NCBI RefSeq assembly: GCF_009914755.1
Contig: NC_060931.1
Reading direction: 5' to 3' (one strand)
DNA length: 64,000 nucleotides
From: the human T2T-CHM13v2.0 reference genome, Homo sapiens
Shown: positions 12,121 through 26,418 of the stretch, in pieces
How the letters are laid out: each line of letters opens with the position of its first letter
Numbering within the stretch: position 1 is the stretch's first letter
The notes under the pieces: model-generated
What the model was told of the DNA's origin: nothing
Seen by the model: only the letters and a program-made list of their open reading frames with translations
The model's database searches: none
Program-made: the position numbers and the translations under genes

Positions 12121-12670
12121 AGAAGTCCAGATGAACCTAAAACCTAAAATTGGTATCTAGGAGAAGGATGGTAAAGATGTCACTCTGAGTCCTGATTGAT
12201 TGGTAGGAAACCCTAGCTGACTGGCAGAAAATCCTGATGTATGTGTTAAGAAGGATTTTGGAGTCATACTCAGGCTTATCAGAAAAGGGTACTCAGGGTC
12301 AAATACAATTTCTATAAGGGGAAAAAGAAAAAAGGAAGAGAGGCCAGGTTTCACAGTTTCCTGATCTTAGAGCATCCAATTATTTTACAGGCATGTTCAG
12401 ATGTGTTTGAACAATAAATGATTAGTAGTAGGAACTGATTTTGTAAGATTCATGAGACAGGACCAAAAAATAAATAAATTTACATATGGTGATCAAATAT
12501 TGCTAAGTCAATAAGCTCCTTCTATTTGCATAGGCTGGGAACCAAGATTAGAAGACAGACACTTATTTCTCAGTAACCCATACTGTAGCAATGGGACAAT
12601 CATTTAGCCATCCCTATGTGATCGTGGTCATTTTATAGGAGCATACTGCTTTAACTTTTTGAAGTGCTTT

Positions 12671-13440
12671 TGAAATGGGAAAGGTTCCCTTGTCCCCCTC
12701 ACAGGGCGTGTGACAGGGGGAGTGGCTCGCTTCTTCAGTGCCCCGCTGTTCAAACCTCTAGGAGAGCCATATAGATGCCAGCTTGTGGGGTTCCAACCCC
12801 AGGGCAGTGTCTAGGGGTGGATGTTTACAGCTCCTGAAGTCCCACTGAGCATGTGCTACTGTGTGCTCTTTTAGTTTTGCCATCTATAGGTGGCTTTTTG
12901 TTAACCAGCTCAATTAGACCCTCTACCTTTTCACAAAGACAGAGGGCTTTCTGTATCCCGGGCTCTTGCCTTGGTGTACCGGAAGAATCAAATCACACCT
13001 CAGCTTGGAGAATGAGTACAAGGTTTTATTGAGTGGAAGTATTTCTGAGCAGATGGGGGAAGCCAGAGGGGGATGGAGCGGGAAGGTTTTCCTCTGGAGT
13101 CAGGACACTGAGCGGCCTGGGTTCTCCTCCAACCATCCCAGCCAAACTCTGCCTCTTCTGCCAGGTCGATGGCCTGCAGACCTGCTGGTGCCTGTCAGTG
13201 CATTCCTCTCGGCATCCAGCCACCCGTGTGTTCCTCCCCTGTTGTGCTCTTCTCAAAGTTTGTCTGCCTGCTAGGGTCTCAGGATTTTTATAGGCACGGG
13301 ATAGGGGCATGGCAGGCCACGGTGGTCTTGGGAGATGCAACATTTGGGCAGGAAAATAAAAATGCCGCACCTAGGTCCGTGGGCACAGGCCTGGGTTAGA
13401 GTCCTAGCCAGGGACCACACCGTTCTCTCCTTCTGTATCA
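12671..13440 (-). mobile_element. Solo LTR, LTR1 family (ERV1 class)
   Basis: TG...CA ends (TGAAATGGGAAAGGTTCCCTTGTCCCCC...TTCTGTATCA), 4-bp TSD CTTT at 12667-12670 and 13441-13444, TATA-like TATAAAAA on the minus strand near 13285-13292. Confidence 0.85.
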
Positions 13441-14184
13441 CTTTCAATGCTTTTTCTTATATGATATCTAGAGAGCAAAGAAATGCACTACCAACTGCTA
13501 AATTTCATGGCACCTACTGTAGGTTAAAAAAAAAAAACAAACAGAAAACAAAACAAAAAACCAGCCCTTGAAGGAGAGAAATGGAGGAAGGGAATTTTGT
13601 TTAATTAGAAACTCTCCAGAAGTAAAGGCAATGAACACATAGTACTTCAAAAGATCTGTTAATGAATGTTTAATTCAGATATTCAGATGGAAACTTCTCT
13701 ATCAATAAGAAGTGACTAAATGGAATAGATAAGTTTTCGTTCACATTTCATTTTTCAAGAAAACCTGCTTTGAGATTCTCTTCATACTTCATGGTTAGTT
13801 GCTCGGCAGTCCAAGCTATGGAGTGGTACAATGGCTTTAGAGTTGACAGCGGGCCTAAATGAGAAACCAAAGTTCAAATCAAGACGTCTAAGTATTATCT
13901 GAATCATTACAAAAGTCTGCAATTAATTCTCTGCACTGCTGATGTCTGTCTTTCATCTAGTGAACAGAGAAAAAGGAAATTCAATAGGATGTACTCTTTA
14001 TGTCAATTGGATGAGAAAATTTCCCACTGCCTGAAAAGCATGCTGATACTAAAATATACCACAGAATACATTTCATTAAGAGTTATTATCACTGTGATCA
14101 CAATGACCAAGAACTCCACAAAGAATTAACGTCATTTGGCCGATACCTCCTCAAATGGGTCCACTGGATTCATGTTTTTCAAGG

Positions 14185-14340
14185 TATTGTTCCCAAGCAT
14201 CTCTAGCAGAATGACCTGAAGTGCTTTTCCTGCTGAAAATGACAAAATTAAATTCACTGAATCTGAACATCTGAAGGTGGTTTCCGGGAATTTAATATAC
14301 TCCTAGGTGATTCATATGTTCACTGAAGTCTGAGAACAGT
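14185..14340. mobile_element. MER5-like hAT-Charlie DNA transposon fossil
   Basis: AGAATGACCTGAAGTGCTT...CCTAGGTGATTCATATGTTCACTGAAGTCTGAGAACAGT. Confidence 0.6.
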
Positions 14341-14657
14341 TATACTAATTTCTCTATGAATCAAACTGATATAGTTTGAGATACCAAAGATACAAGCAAG
14401 GATTCTTGTCTTTAATAATATGGTAAATCAGAAAAAAAAAAGGCCCAGTTTTCTGTGTGTTTCAAGCATATGGATGTGAGGATGGGCATCAGCTAACAGA
14501 ACTAGAGATGTCATTTTTTCTTTCCCAAGACCATCTCTTCAGGTGAGAAGAAGCTTGTCTTTATCCTGCAGCAAGTCATGATTAGCAAATCAAGGTCTCT
14601 TACAACACCAGAAATCACAACTTTCTCTCTTTTCTTTGAACTCCTGGCTTCTAAACT

Positions 14658-15103
14658 ATTGATTGATTGATTGATTGATTGATTGAGAGAATCTTATTCT
14701 GTAGTGATAATAGCTCACTGCAGCCTCAAACTCCTGGACTCAAGCAATCCTCCTGCCTTAGCCTCTTGAATAGCTGGGACTACAGGTGCACATCATCATG
14801 CTTGGGTAATTTTTTAAAAAATTTTATGGGCCAGGTGGCATAGCTCATACCTGTAATTCCAGCACTTTGGGAGGCCAAGGTGGGCGGATCACTTGAGCCT
14901 AGATGAGTTTGAGACCAACACAGCAAAACCCTGTCTCTGCAAAAATTGAAGTAAAATTTTCAAAATTGCTTGAGCTTGGGAGGTTGAGGCTGCAGTAAGC
15001 CATGATCGTACTACTGTACTCCAGCCTGGGTGATAGAGCGAGACCCCCTCTCAAAAAAATAAAAATTTTTTTTACGGAGTCTTACTCTGTTACCCAGGCT
15101 GGT
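14658..15103 (-). mobile_element. Old AluJ-like element with (ATTG)n tail, interrupted by an opposite-strand Alu
   Basis: GCTCACTGCAGCCTCAAACTCCTGGACTCAAGCAATCCTCC...(14685-14828), resuming GGAGTCTTACTCTGTTACCCAGGCTGG (about 15070-15103). Confidence 0.8.
14829..15065 (+). mobile_element. AluJ-like element (internally deleted) nested in the linker of the minus-strand Alu
   Basis: GGCCAGGTGGCATAGCTCATACCTGTAATTCCAGCACTTTGGG...GGATCACTTGAGCC...GAGACCCCCTCTCAAAAAAA, with AAAAATTTT on both flanks. Confidence 0.85.
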
Positions 15104-15120
15104 AAACTTTCCTGACACAA

Positions 15121-15140
15121 TAGATATAGATAGATTAGAT

Positions 15141-15192
<52 letters not shown>
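15121..15192. repeat. (GATA)n tetranucleotide microsatellite
   Basis: Directly visible. Confidence 0.97.
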
Positions 15193-15754
15193 CCACAGGA
15201 ACACCAGCAATAATAAAACTTAGCAACCTAAAAGCTTCTCATTAGCTTTGTTTTATGGGGTTCATTTGAATTGCCCACAATGTTAAAAGGGAAGCAGTCA
15301 CATCCTGAATACCCTGAATTGTAGAGTGGCTGCTTTCCTCAATTCTTTCTTCATTCTTCATTTTCATTGCTTTACTTTCACTTTTTATGAACTCCTATGC
15401 TCCTGAATACAATGGATCTCTCTAAAATCTCTTGGTCTCTTAGAAAATATCTCCTTCCCCTCTCATTAAAAAAAAAAAAGAAAAGTCTTGATTTTGTCTT
15501 GCTGACAAAAAATAAGCAATCTCTGTTCTTGATTCCACCAGCTATGGGTACAGGGTTGGCTACTGTCAGACCCACTAAATGATAACATCAAGCAAGCCCA
15601 GGAGAAAGCAATTGTAAGTTAGAAGTGGTACCTACTGAATTAGGCATGAGCTGGGCCAGAGGACACGGCATGCTTGTATCTCACCAGGAGGTAGCCCAGA
15701 TCCCCAAAGTTCACCAGTATTGCACCCACACTTTTTTCTCCTCAGCTTACATAG

Positions 15755-16086
<332 letters not shown>

Positions 16087-16543
16087 CCACATAAAGGATT
16101 CTTTATGACCACAAAAAATAGGAGGATAAAGCTTCAGTTTGGTTCATAGATGGGTCAGCTCAATATCTCTGTGAAAGATGACAATAAACTGCTGTTACAC
16201 TACAGCTTCACTCTTATGACACTTAAAATCATGGTGAAAGGAAATCCTACCTAGGGACAAAACTTTGAGTGGTACACCTGGTCATCCACTTTATGTAGAA
16301 AGAAAAATGACCCATGATAAGAATATGTGTGGACTGAAGAGCAGTGGCAAATGGCTTGCCTGATGGGTCAGGGCCCAGGAGAGAGATTAGAGGACTGTAG
16401 AGACAAGGCAGTCTGGAGAAGAGGCCAGTAGACAGACTTATGGGATTGGGCACCAAGTGTGAAGGTCTGTGTATTGAATGATAATGTCCGCTGCAGGGCA
16501 TCCTACATGGAGGAAACACTAAAAACAAAGTAGACAGAGTACT

Positions 16544-16585
16544 CGGGCTGACAAAGCCGGGCTGACAAAGCCGGGCTGACAAAGC
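16544..16585. repeat. Perfect 14-bp x3 tandem repeat (CGGGCTGACAAAGC)
   Basis: Three identical units. Confidence 0.95.
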
Positions 16586-16986
16586 AAGGCTGCCACTGGC
16601 TACCCCAGGGCTGACACAAAGAGCACATGAACAGAGTAGTTATGGTGGCAGATACAGAGGCCATGCATATGTCCAACAGCATGAATGCATATTCACCAAG
16701 GCGTGTGTAGCTACTGCTGAATGCCCAACCTGCCAATAACAGAGACCAACACTGAATTCCCAATATAGTACCATGCTTTGAAGAGCTATTAGCTATTGAC
16801 AGCAAATTGATTACACTGGACCCCTTTCATCTAGGAAAGAGAATTGGTTCATCTTACCTGAAATCGATTAATAATATCGATATAAGATTGTCTTTTCTGC
16901 TTGTATGGCCTCAGGCACTACTACCACCATATAAGATTCTGAATAACATGGCTTTGAACCAAGAAGCCCACTTTGTAGCAAGGAGG

Positions 16987-17434
16987 TGTACTTGTTAGGG
17001 TTCTCCAAAGAAACAGAATCAATAGGATGTGTGTGTGCACGTGTGTGTGTGTGTGTGTGATTTATTATAAGGAATTGGTTCATGCAATTATGATGACTGG
17101 CAAGTCCAAAATCTGCAGAGCCAGTGTCTAGCTTGAGTCCAAAGGCCAAAAGCTTCTGTAGAACCAGGAAGAGCCGATGTTCCAGTTTGAAGACTATCAG
17201 GCAGGGGAATTATCTCTTACTCAGGGGAGGGACATCCTTTTGTTCTCTTCATGCTTTCAACTGATTGGATAAGGCCCATCTACATCAGGGAGGGCAATAT
17301 GTTTTACTCAGTCTACCAATTTAAATGTTAACCTCATCGAAAACACCTTCACAGAAACACCCAGAATAAAGTTTGACCAAACATCTAGGCACCCTGTGGC
17401 CCATTTAAGTTGACATATAAAATTAACAATCACA
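16987..17434 (-). mobile_element. MLT2 (ERVL) solo LTR with internal (TG)n
   Basis: TAGGGTTCTCCAAAGAAACAGAATCAATAGGA(TG)n...AAGTTGACATATAAAATTAACAATCACA. Confidence 0.9.
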
Positions 17435-17830
17435 GAGGGTGTAGCAGTCATAGCAGTGGGCATGTGGTTATGCAAGTCACGTGCACACAGAAACTGCCAG
17501 TTGGATAGAGTAACAGATGGCCTTTTTAACAGCATAGACAAGGCACCAGCTTGAAACTGATACTCTGAGGTACACCTTAAATCAATGAAGTTTATATGGT
17601 GCTATGTTTCCAAGAGGTAAACTATGTGGGTGCAGAGACAAGTGGTAGAAGAGAGTGGCTCTGCTTCTATGTACCCACTTGAAGAAGTTATGCTTCCCAT
17701 ATCTGCAATTCTAGGCATTTTTGGTTTAAAGGTCCTGATTCCTATAGGAGTAATGTGTCCACCAGGGACAGTGGAATTTCTGATTCCTATTAACTTTGAG
17801 TTGTGGCTGCCATCTGGTCATTTCAGACTT

Positions 17831-18125
<295 letters not shown>

Positions 18126-18660
18126 CTATTTCAGACTTCTTATACCAAAAGATTGGCAAGCTACAGAAGGAATTACTATCCTGGCAGAAGTAATTGACCC
18201 CGGTGATCAGGCAGAGGCAGGTCTTCCACTGGGACAGGAAGCCTTACATGGAGGCAGGGAAGAATACATTTGACCACCTGGCAATCCATTGGGACATCTC
18301 TTGGTACTACCCTGTCCAAATTGGCAGTAAATTGATAAGTGCAACAGCCATCATCTGAAAAGGCACAGTGGCCAGGGGATCAGACGCTTTATGGATAAGT
18401 GTCTGAGTTGCCTCAATATTTAAGCCATCTAAACCAGAAAAGGTGGTAACTAAGGGTGAGTTGGTGGAGGCGAGAAGTGACGAATGTCACCTGAGCTCCT
18501 TAGGCTAAGTACAGAAACAGGGCTAGAGCTTATCTTAGTGATACTCTTATTTTAAATTTTCCCAGGGAAAGGGACTAACTAGAATCCTGAAGGAGCTGTC
18601 TTTGATGGGGTAAATGTTTTTTATATGAGTAAGTGGATTTGAGCAGCCCAAGGGGTGGAC

Positions 18661-19066
18661 TATAGTGGATGCTGTGGTTTGAAGGCCATATTCTCCCTTT
18701 AAGAATGGGACACCTATTTGCCTATGTCAGGACTGTAGCCTACTTTCAGCTCATAGCTGAATTGCTTTCCAGAAATTTCCCTTGCCCAAGAGTTCTGTCT
18801 CATTCAAACATATGTTCCCCTCTCCCCAAGAACAGTCCTCCTCCAATGACTGCTCACCTGAGGGGAAAGGAAGTACAAAGGCCTGGGGCCCTTACCTTAA
18901 TTCAGGACAAATCTGAAAGGCAATCACAGCTTCATAGCTGAGACCATAGTTGTGACTATATCACAGTTTAGTTTCTTCCTCTGCTTAATTTTGCTTCCTT
19001 CCAGTAAACTTTCTGTTCACAAATAACTGTCCCAGAATCTGTTTCCAAGGAACTTAACCTAAGACG
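18661..19066 (+). mobile_element. LTR16-family 3' LTR
   Basis: Starts TATAGTGGATGCTGTGG after the PPT and ends AGAATCTGTTTCCAAGGAACTTAACCTAAGAC. Confidence 0.75.
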
Positions 19067-21559
19067 ATAGGACATATTAGTGACCATCCAAAGAGGCCTT
19101 AATTTACTTTCACATGAAGTCATTTAAAAGCACACACACACACAAAAATCCGCTTCCATTATGGCACAACTTATTATGGTACATCTTTTCAGATATATGT
19201 GGGGCCTCCCTGGCAGCATGAGCTGATGAAATAAATGAAACAGCTCTGTCAGTACCTGTAATTCACAGAGTTCTTGGTGCAAATGTCATTTAAAATAACC
19301 AGCCTCTAAGTGGATTCCACCTGATTCAGATATTTAAGTTTTCTCTCTAGGCCATTCTGAACTAAGAATTATCTTAGGTTCATCCAAAAGATGGATTTGG
19401 GAACTGTTGCTGGGTTCATTTTATGGGTCCAAAGTAGAGCAAGTTCTGTTGTCAGAGCATTTAGAAATATGGATATGTTTGCTTCTTTTCTACCTCATTA
19501 CCAAAATATATAGGATTATTTGTAGCTTCAAAAAGTGAGATAGATAAATCCCGCTGTGTTCAAAGTTTAACAGGTATCTCAAACTGTTTTTCAAATTGAC
19601 TTGAAATATAAAGTCACAAAGCCTCAAGGCAAATGTAAGCTGAATCTTGCTGACTCTTTTTAAAATGTCCAAATACTGCTATTTTTTAAAATGTCTGGAA
19701 CAACTGGTGATATTTCAAGAGGAAAAAAATTGGAAATTTTTTTTCTTTAGGCAGAAGTGAATTATTTCAAGCTCCAAGTGGTTCCAAATTCCATGGAGCT
19801 CCAGAGACGGGGTTTCCTGAGATTTCTAGCGGGCACAGTACTTGGCATAATAAACTTTTCTCCTGCTCCATTCCCTCCACCTCAAATAGCCACGTGCCCT
19901 CTAACCAGCCCTGGAGACAGACCTCAGTGTTGAATGATGGATAATAGTCATTTTCACCAATTCGCTTTAAGAACTATGTTTAGTTTCCAAATACTAAAGG
20001 AACAGGAACCGCTGCCTTAGGAGAACAGTGAAAATCAAAACAGTTTAAATTTCGAAGTTCAAATTCATAATTCTGTGCTGCAGTCTAGTTTCCTCCCCAT
20101 AGGAAATGTGGTATTACATACAGTACAAAGGGCTGCACTCACGTGGAAGGGTTAATCCAAGGCTGTCAGAGCTGAGAATGACCTTGGAGACTACCCATTT
20201 CTATGCCTTTCACTTACAGATGAGACGAAAGGCTCCAGGGAAGTGATAGCAGAATGGAGAGGAAAAGAGACACAAAGTTAGACACATAAAGTTCTTAACT
20301 TTGTTCTTAGTTACTTTGTGACCAGCTTAGATATTAAGAGCATTCACTTATCCAGAGATTTCTTTTATTTCTTTCACTTGAGGTCTGCCTCTCAGCCACA
20401 ATTCCACTCCACTCTGCCTGCCCTCAACCTTGTCACCCCTTTCAGCAAGCTGACCTCATTATTAAGGCTTCATATGTTAAAGAATATCTCTCAGAGAAGC
20501 TACCACATGTGTTACAGTCTTTTATGTCAGCCTCTTTTAGGTAAAATGGATGAGAGTAAGGCCTGGCTGATGCTGATGGGGCATCATGCAGAAGCAGAAA
20601 GCTGTGTCTCCTCTTTGTTAATCTTGTATGCAGGGCCCAACAACCAATGCCCTCCTTCTCTTGAACAGGACGGAAAGGTCCTGTCTTTGTTTTCTTACCT
20701 AAACCAGCCCTAGAGACAGACCTCAGTGTCTCAAGCACTGTGATGCCTTGGTTTACTTACTCTAACATGTCATGCACTATTTCACGTCCTTCCAAAGGCT
20801 TCCTAAGATTTCAATCTCTATGTCAATCCCCATCCCCTCTCTTTCTCTACTTTTTCAACTATACTCTTTTTTTCCATGAGAAAGGTCATGTTTCTTTTCT
20901 TAATTCAGTAAAGTTTTATACAAAAGTCTCTTGTAATCCTACATCTATCTATATATAATATATATGTTATTTTATGTAATGCCTGATCTATGACAATGTA
21001 TAGTCAATAAATGATAGCAATTATTTTTAATTATCAAAATAAATTGTTAGAGATTCAAGTTAGCATACAAAATGGAAATACATTGACAATCTAAAAACTA
21101 TACTAAAACATAAACTCAAGACTTTATTCCTCTTCCTGTTCTATCAAAATTGTGCCAAGTAAAAAAATAAAAATTGTTCTTTTTATTTCCACATTTTCTG
21201 CTGAAATACCTCTTGTGGGTAAACAGTTTGGAAGAGAAGAGCTGAAGTCTAGAAAACTGACACATTAGATAATTAGACAGTGAATAATTGAGAGGCAACT
21301 GAAATGAGTATGAATTTTTAAAATGGCATCACAGGCTAAGATCACATCTCTCAATCAGATAATATTGTTAATTAAGACATCTTATTTCCAATAAAGTTTG
21401 AAAAAACTGCAGGCAGATGTTCTCATTCATTTTATAGATAATAAACCTGAGGCTCAACGAGACTGTATGATTTGTCCAAAGTAAAAAAACAAAACAAAAC
21501 AAAAGCATGTTGATAACAGGGCAAGATAGTAACAGGGTAGGAATTCACATTTTTTTTCA

Positions 21560-21700
21560 GCACATTTTTTTGAGCTAAATTACATCTGTGACGAAGTGTG
21601 CAGATTTTAAGTGTACAGCTCAATAGGCTTTCACAAACTGTACTTTCAGGTATATACCACCTGGATCAAGATGTAGAATATTAAGAGCAGACAGAAGTTC
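21560..21700 (-). mobile_element. Old L1 (L1M) 3' end fragment
   Basis: AAGTGTGCAGATTTTAAGTGTACAGCTCAATAGGCTTTCACAAA...CCACCTGGATCAAGATGTAGAATATT. Confidence 0.7.
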
Positions 21701-22109
21701 CCTAATAAGGCATATATAAAAGAAGCCAGATCTTTTGACTCTGGGCTCAATCCATAAAGGTCCTTAGCATGATTGGACTTTTTTTCCTGATATACACAGC
21801 AATGGAATGACAAGATCAGAGTGACAAGATCAGAGCAATGGAATGAAAAGATCAGAGAAAAAACGGACTGAAAATCTTTATATGCTATTGGTGTGAAGCA
21901 GTATTGTACTATAAGTGCTATGGAAGACCACTCAACAGAGGTCCTGGAAACCTATTTAAAATTCTGATCTGTTGTTTATTAGATGTGTCATCTTCCACAA
22001 GGCTTAGTGCCTTTGCAATTTTTACTCCCTCTTTCCAAATTGCTCCTCTCCCTTTTTTTTGTCCTGAGTAACTAACTACTACCCATCTTTCAGGACTGAG
22101 CTTAATCCT

Positions 22110-22322
22110 CACGTCGGTGAAAGCCTTTCTAACATCCCCAATTCAGATTCCGTTTTGCCGTTACTAGTCTCACAGAAACTGGCACTTCTCCTTAAAAAAA
22201 AAAACTTATCTAAATTTTCCATTTATAAGTGATTATTTTGTAAGCATTGTTTGTTGATAATAATATCTGCATCCTCAGCTGGTAAGTTCTGCAAGGGTAG
22301 AGTCATGTCTGTTTTGCTTGCT
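22110..22322 (+). mobile_element. L2 fragment
   Basis: GTGAAAGCCTTTCTAAC...GTAAGTTCTGCAAGGGTAGAGTCATGTCTGTTTTGCT. Confidence 0.6.
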
Positions 22323-22328
22323 ACACCT

Positions 22329-22797
22329 GTTTGGGGTTACTGAGACTACCCTCAAGTTTGATAATTTGCTAAGAGGACTCCTAGGACTCAGCAGATATTT
22401 GTGCTTACAGTTGTGATTGTTGGAGTGAAAGGATACCGTGCACAATCAGCAAAGGGAAGTGGCACATGGGTGACACTCAGGGAAATTGAGCGTCAACTTC
22501 CAAGCATCCTTTCCCAGTGGAGTCACACAGAATGCACTTAATCTCTCCAGCAATGAGTTGTGACGTGTAAAACGTTGCCAACCAGAGAAACTCAGAGACC
22601 CATTGTCCAGTGTTTATACTGGGGCTAATCACATAGAGACCCTCTGCCAAGCACATACCTAAATCCCAGACTCCCAGAAGGAAAGCAGGTGTTGAGGACA
22701 CACCACATTGTCTATATAAATAGTTTCAGTACCATGAGTCACTCTTACCAGTTCTGGGAATGGAAGGAACCCTCCTAAAATTTCTGTTCGCAGATGC
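22329..22797 (-). mobile_element. MER21-family LTR fragment
   Basis: AGACTACCCTCAAGTTTGATAATTTGCTAAGAGGACTC...ATCAGCAAAGGGAA...CCCAGAAGGAAAGCAGGTGTT. Confidence 0.8.
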
Positions 22798-25329
22798 GAG
22801 AACACCAATTCCATGAATGGTTCTCAAAATAAGGATTTAGTTTGGGAAACTATCAGGAGATATTGGTTAACAGGCTTAAATAATTTGCTGGTCTTTCTTT
22901 AATTGCAGGAGTTTCAGACATTTCAGTTTATATAAATCTGCAAGGTGGTAAGGGAAGGTAGAATATGCAGTGTTTCCTAGAATATGTTTTTACCCTCTCA
23001 TTTTAAGAGATTAGTGTTCTGGGAGAACATGTCGACAAATGTTGCTCTAATTCCAGCCCCTTTTTTCAGACCAGTCACCTTCCCACCTCAGCATGTTGTG
23101 CTGTCAAGGTTTAGGATAGAACAGTTCAATGAACACCTTTCAGGTTGCATGGAACATGTTAGAGCTACAACTGCTTAGTCTGTTAAGTCTTTTACTTCCT
23201 TCTAAGCCACTTGCAGTCATGATCATAACCCCATAACACACAGCAGTGACCTGAATCACAGATAATGGGAGAGTAGAGGGGTTAAGCATATATTTTCACT
23301 GATAGCAAGAGACTATTTATTTAATATCCCACCTTATATGACCCAATTTCTGTTTCTTGGCAGAATTTTGCAAAGGCAATTCAGTTTTGCAAAGGTAACT
23401 TAATTGAAACTCATTAGCATGTTACTGACCATACAGCACAAATAGTGTAGAACAGAAGTAATTAACCACTGTTCCGGTTGAAAACCTACATTCAGCTCCT
23501 TTTCTATTTTCTTCATGGCTTCTGGGGTTGAGACTACTAAGGTGAAAGCTGTGTCAAAGAGGTCATAAATAAAACCACTGCTTTGGATAATTAATATATA
23601 GTACTATGATTTTTTTCAAGTCAAAACTATTAATTTTTGACAAAATACTATGTATATTCATACAGAAACTCATTTGGAATAATGGTTTTTATATAAACAC
23701 TAGAGGAACACCTTATTTTTCTTCCTGGGTTTAATTGAACAATTTTAATACAAAGCAAATTAAGTAAAATAGGATCGAAGCTTCTCTGCAAAGTAATAGT
23801 TTACTAAGTTTAGCTAGATGTATGCTTAATGAAAAACCATAATTTTTTCCATGGTTGGAGGAACTGAGACAATGGTTGTTTGTCAAATAATTCAGACCAT
23901 ATATTTAGACTCCTCAGCCACCTATGAAGGTATTGGTAAATTAGCTGGCATCAAGTCTCAACTATGGGCAATTTATGGAAACAATTACAGCCCCAAAGAG
24001 TGACAAATTTTCTTCTAATTCTAAAGACAGGGACCAAGGCTTTATATTTTCATAATGAGAATTTTAAAAACTATCTCAAAAATGATGCTTGGCTTCTGCA
24101 GTTGGATAGAGAATGTCCTATGATCATTAGGTCTGATCTGTTCTAGAGACAGAGCTGTTAGCAACTCCCAGCCAGGAAGTGCAGATAACTCAGTGGATGG
24201 CTCCCTCCACATCAGAGGAAAAACATCTCAGAGTGCCTTTGCTGCACTATCATTCTATGTCAAGGAAATACTGCTTGAGGGTTAATAATAAACTTCTATT
24301 CCTTGGTAGAAATATAATAAACTCAATGTAGTAATACAAATGAGATAAATCAAAATAAAGTCCTTGAATTCCAGTACTTTGTGGTTTTCTGTCCTTTGTG
24401 CAGCATCACAGGGGTGTATCAATTTATTTCAAGGGTGTTAAATTCTATCATTCACTGCCACCATCTCATAAGAAAAAGTGACACTCTTAAGGCAACAAAA
24501 CTGAAAGGCATCACAATAAGCTATTTAGCAAAGGTCTGGAATGTCCTCAAGAAAGTCAATGTTGAGGGTAGAGTGTTTCCTCAAGGAAGTGGAGCTATTC
24601 CTCATAGCACTGTCTGCAGAGGGTTTGCTGAAAAATCATACAGAGACCCAGCAGCTGCACCATACATCACATATCAGAGTCTTAGGAAAAGGAGATGCAC
24701 TTTGGAATGGAGATGCTGGAATTAATGCATAGTTAAGAGGTATTTGGACTTTATCATTTTACTGACCAGTAGTAGCTGGTCATTTTTTAAAAACGGGGTC
24801 TATTATAGAGGCAAATTTTTTAAGTAAAGATGTTTAAAAATATAGTCATTTAGTATTACTATTTCATGCAGAAAATTTAAAAAAGCATTTAATAGCAACA
24901 AAAAGGAAAAACATAGTTCCCAAATAAAACACCATATTTAAATTTAAAAAGAAAAGTAAGCGCTTTGTTAAAAATGTATCCTATTGCCCTATTGCTTTTC
25001 TAGATAGAGTGGTGAAAATTTTATCAAGGGTCAAGACCACTCAGTGGACATTGATAAGAACCACCGATGTGCATGATGTTACTTAATGTTGTCCTTTTCA
25101 CCTGGTAGATACCTTTACAGTGGGATTTGAGAATCTTTGATTTTGAGAAGATTACTACTTCAGCTGCCTGCTGCTGTTCACAGAGCAAATGATGGTTGAA
25201 CTCCTGGCCGGCGAAATTTCATTTATTTGTTCTGAAAATATTTAATGATGTCATTTTATCTCTTAAGATCCAAATCAAATAGAAAATGTAAAACAATAAA
25301 CACAAGGTGTCAGGTGTCTGGCTTATACA

Positions 25330-25520
25330 ATCCTTTTAAGAAATGGTCCACAAACAGTGCATCCGAATTAGTTGGTGATACTTTTAAAAACAATGAAGTT
25401 TATGGAGCCACACCCAAGATCTGTTTAAATCAGAAAGGTTAGGAGTAAAGCCTAGGAATCTACATTTGTGACATGCTCTATAAGTGATTCTTATATACAC
25501 CAAACTTTGAAAATAACTTT
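25330..25520. mobile_element. MER5-like DNA transposon fossil
   Basis: GCCTAGGAATCTACATTT...GTGATTCTTATATACACCAAACTTTGAAAATAACT. Confidence 0.65.
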
Positions 25521-26418
25521 TTTGGATGACCCCAGATGGACAAGATCATATCCTGCTCTGGGGGCCAAATTAAGTCATTTTTAGCTGCATTTTGAAGGAT
25601 GGGTAGGACTTGAGGATGAGAATTGGAAGGAAGGGGCATTCTTTTTGGAAATAATGACATGAATGGAAACATAGAAGCAGAAGAACAAATTGTATTTAGC
25701 GAATGGTGAGGAGACCAGTGTTGTTGGAGACAAGCTATAATGAAGGGGAAGAGCAAAAAGAAAAATGAAGAAGCACGTAGGAGTGACATTGCGATTGACT
25801 GTCCCACTAGAAAGCATCTGCTTCCCATACAACAAATAAATAGAAGGTCCTCCAAGTATAGGTGACCTAAGCAAATATAGTAAATGTTACAGGTTCAAAG
25901 ATGGTGGAGGGGTGAGAATGGGGGGTTCTGTAGAGCAGGCACTCCTCTATTTTCAATTATCTGTTTACTTATTAATATTCAGCTTTGATCCAAAAATTTA
26001 GAAACAAGCTCTGACAATCTAATTTCATTAACAGAATTAATAAATGAGCTTTGTTGATGTGTCTGCATTGTAACATCCTCAGATAAAGCAGTGCTAATCA
26101 ACTGCTGTGGTGGATAAAGATAAGCACACAAAGACTGTGATGATGTTTCCCTCCCTTTTCATAATTAACTTTCGAATCTGTCATGCTTTTCAAGGTCTAA
26201 AATAAAATAGTAGGCAGTGAAAGTTTGATCATCAATTGCATTTAATAACACCAATGGATATTAGATCTTACTGTTCTATTTAATATTTTACTTACTTTTT
26301 ATTTAAACTTCAGATTCTATCAGATTCTATATTTTCATGCTGTTTCATTCTTAAAACGCTTTCATTCCCAATTCAGGGATATTTGTAGATTCTTACTATT
26401 TGAGTGCATGAGTTAAAC

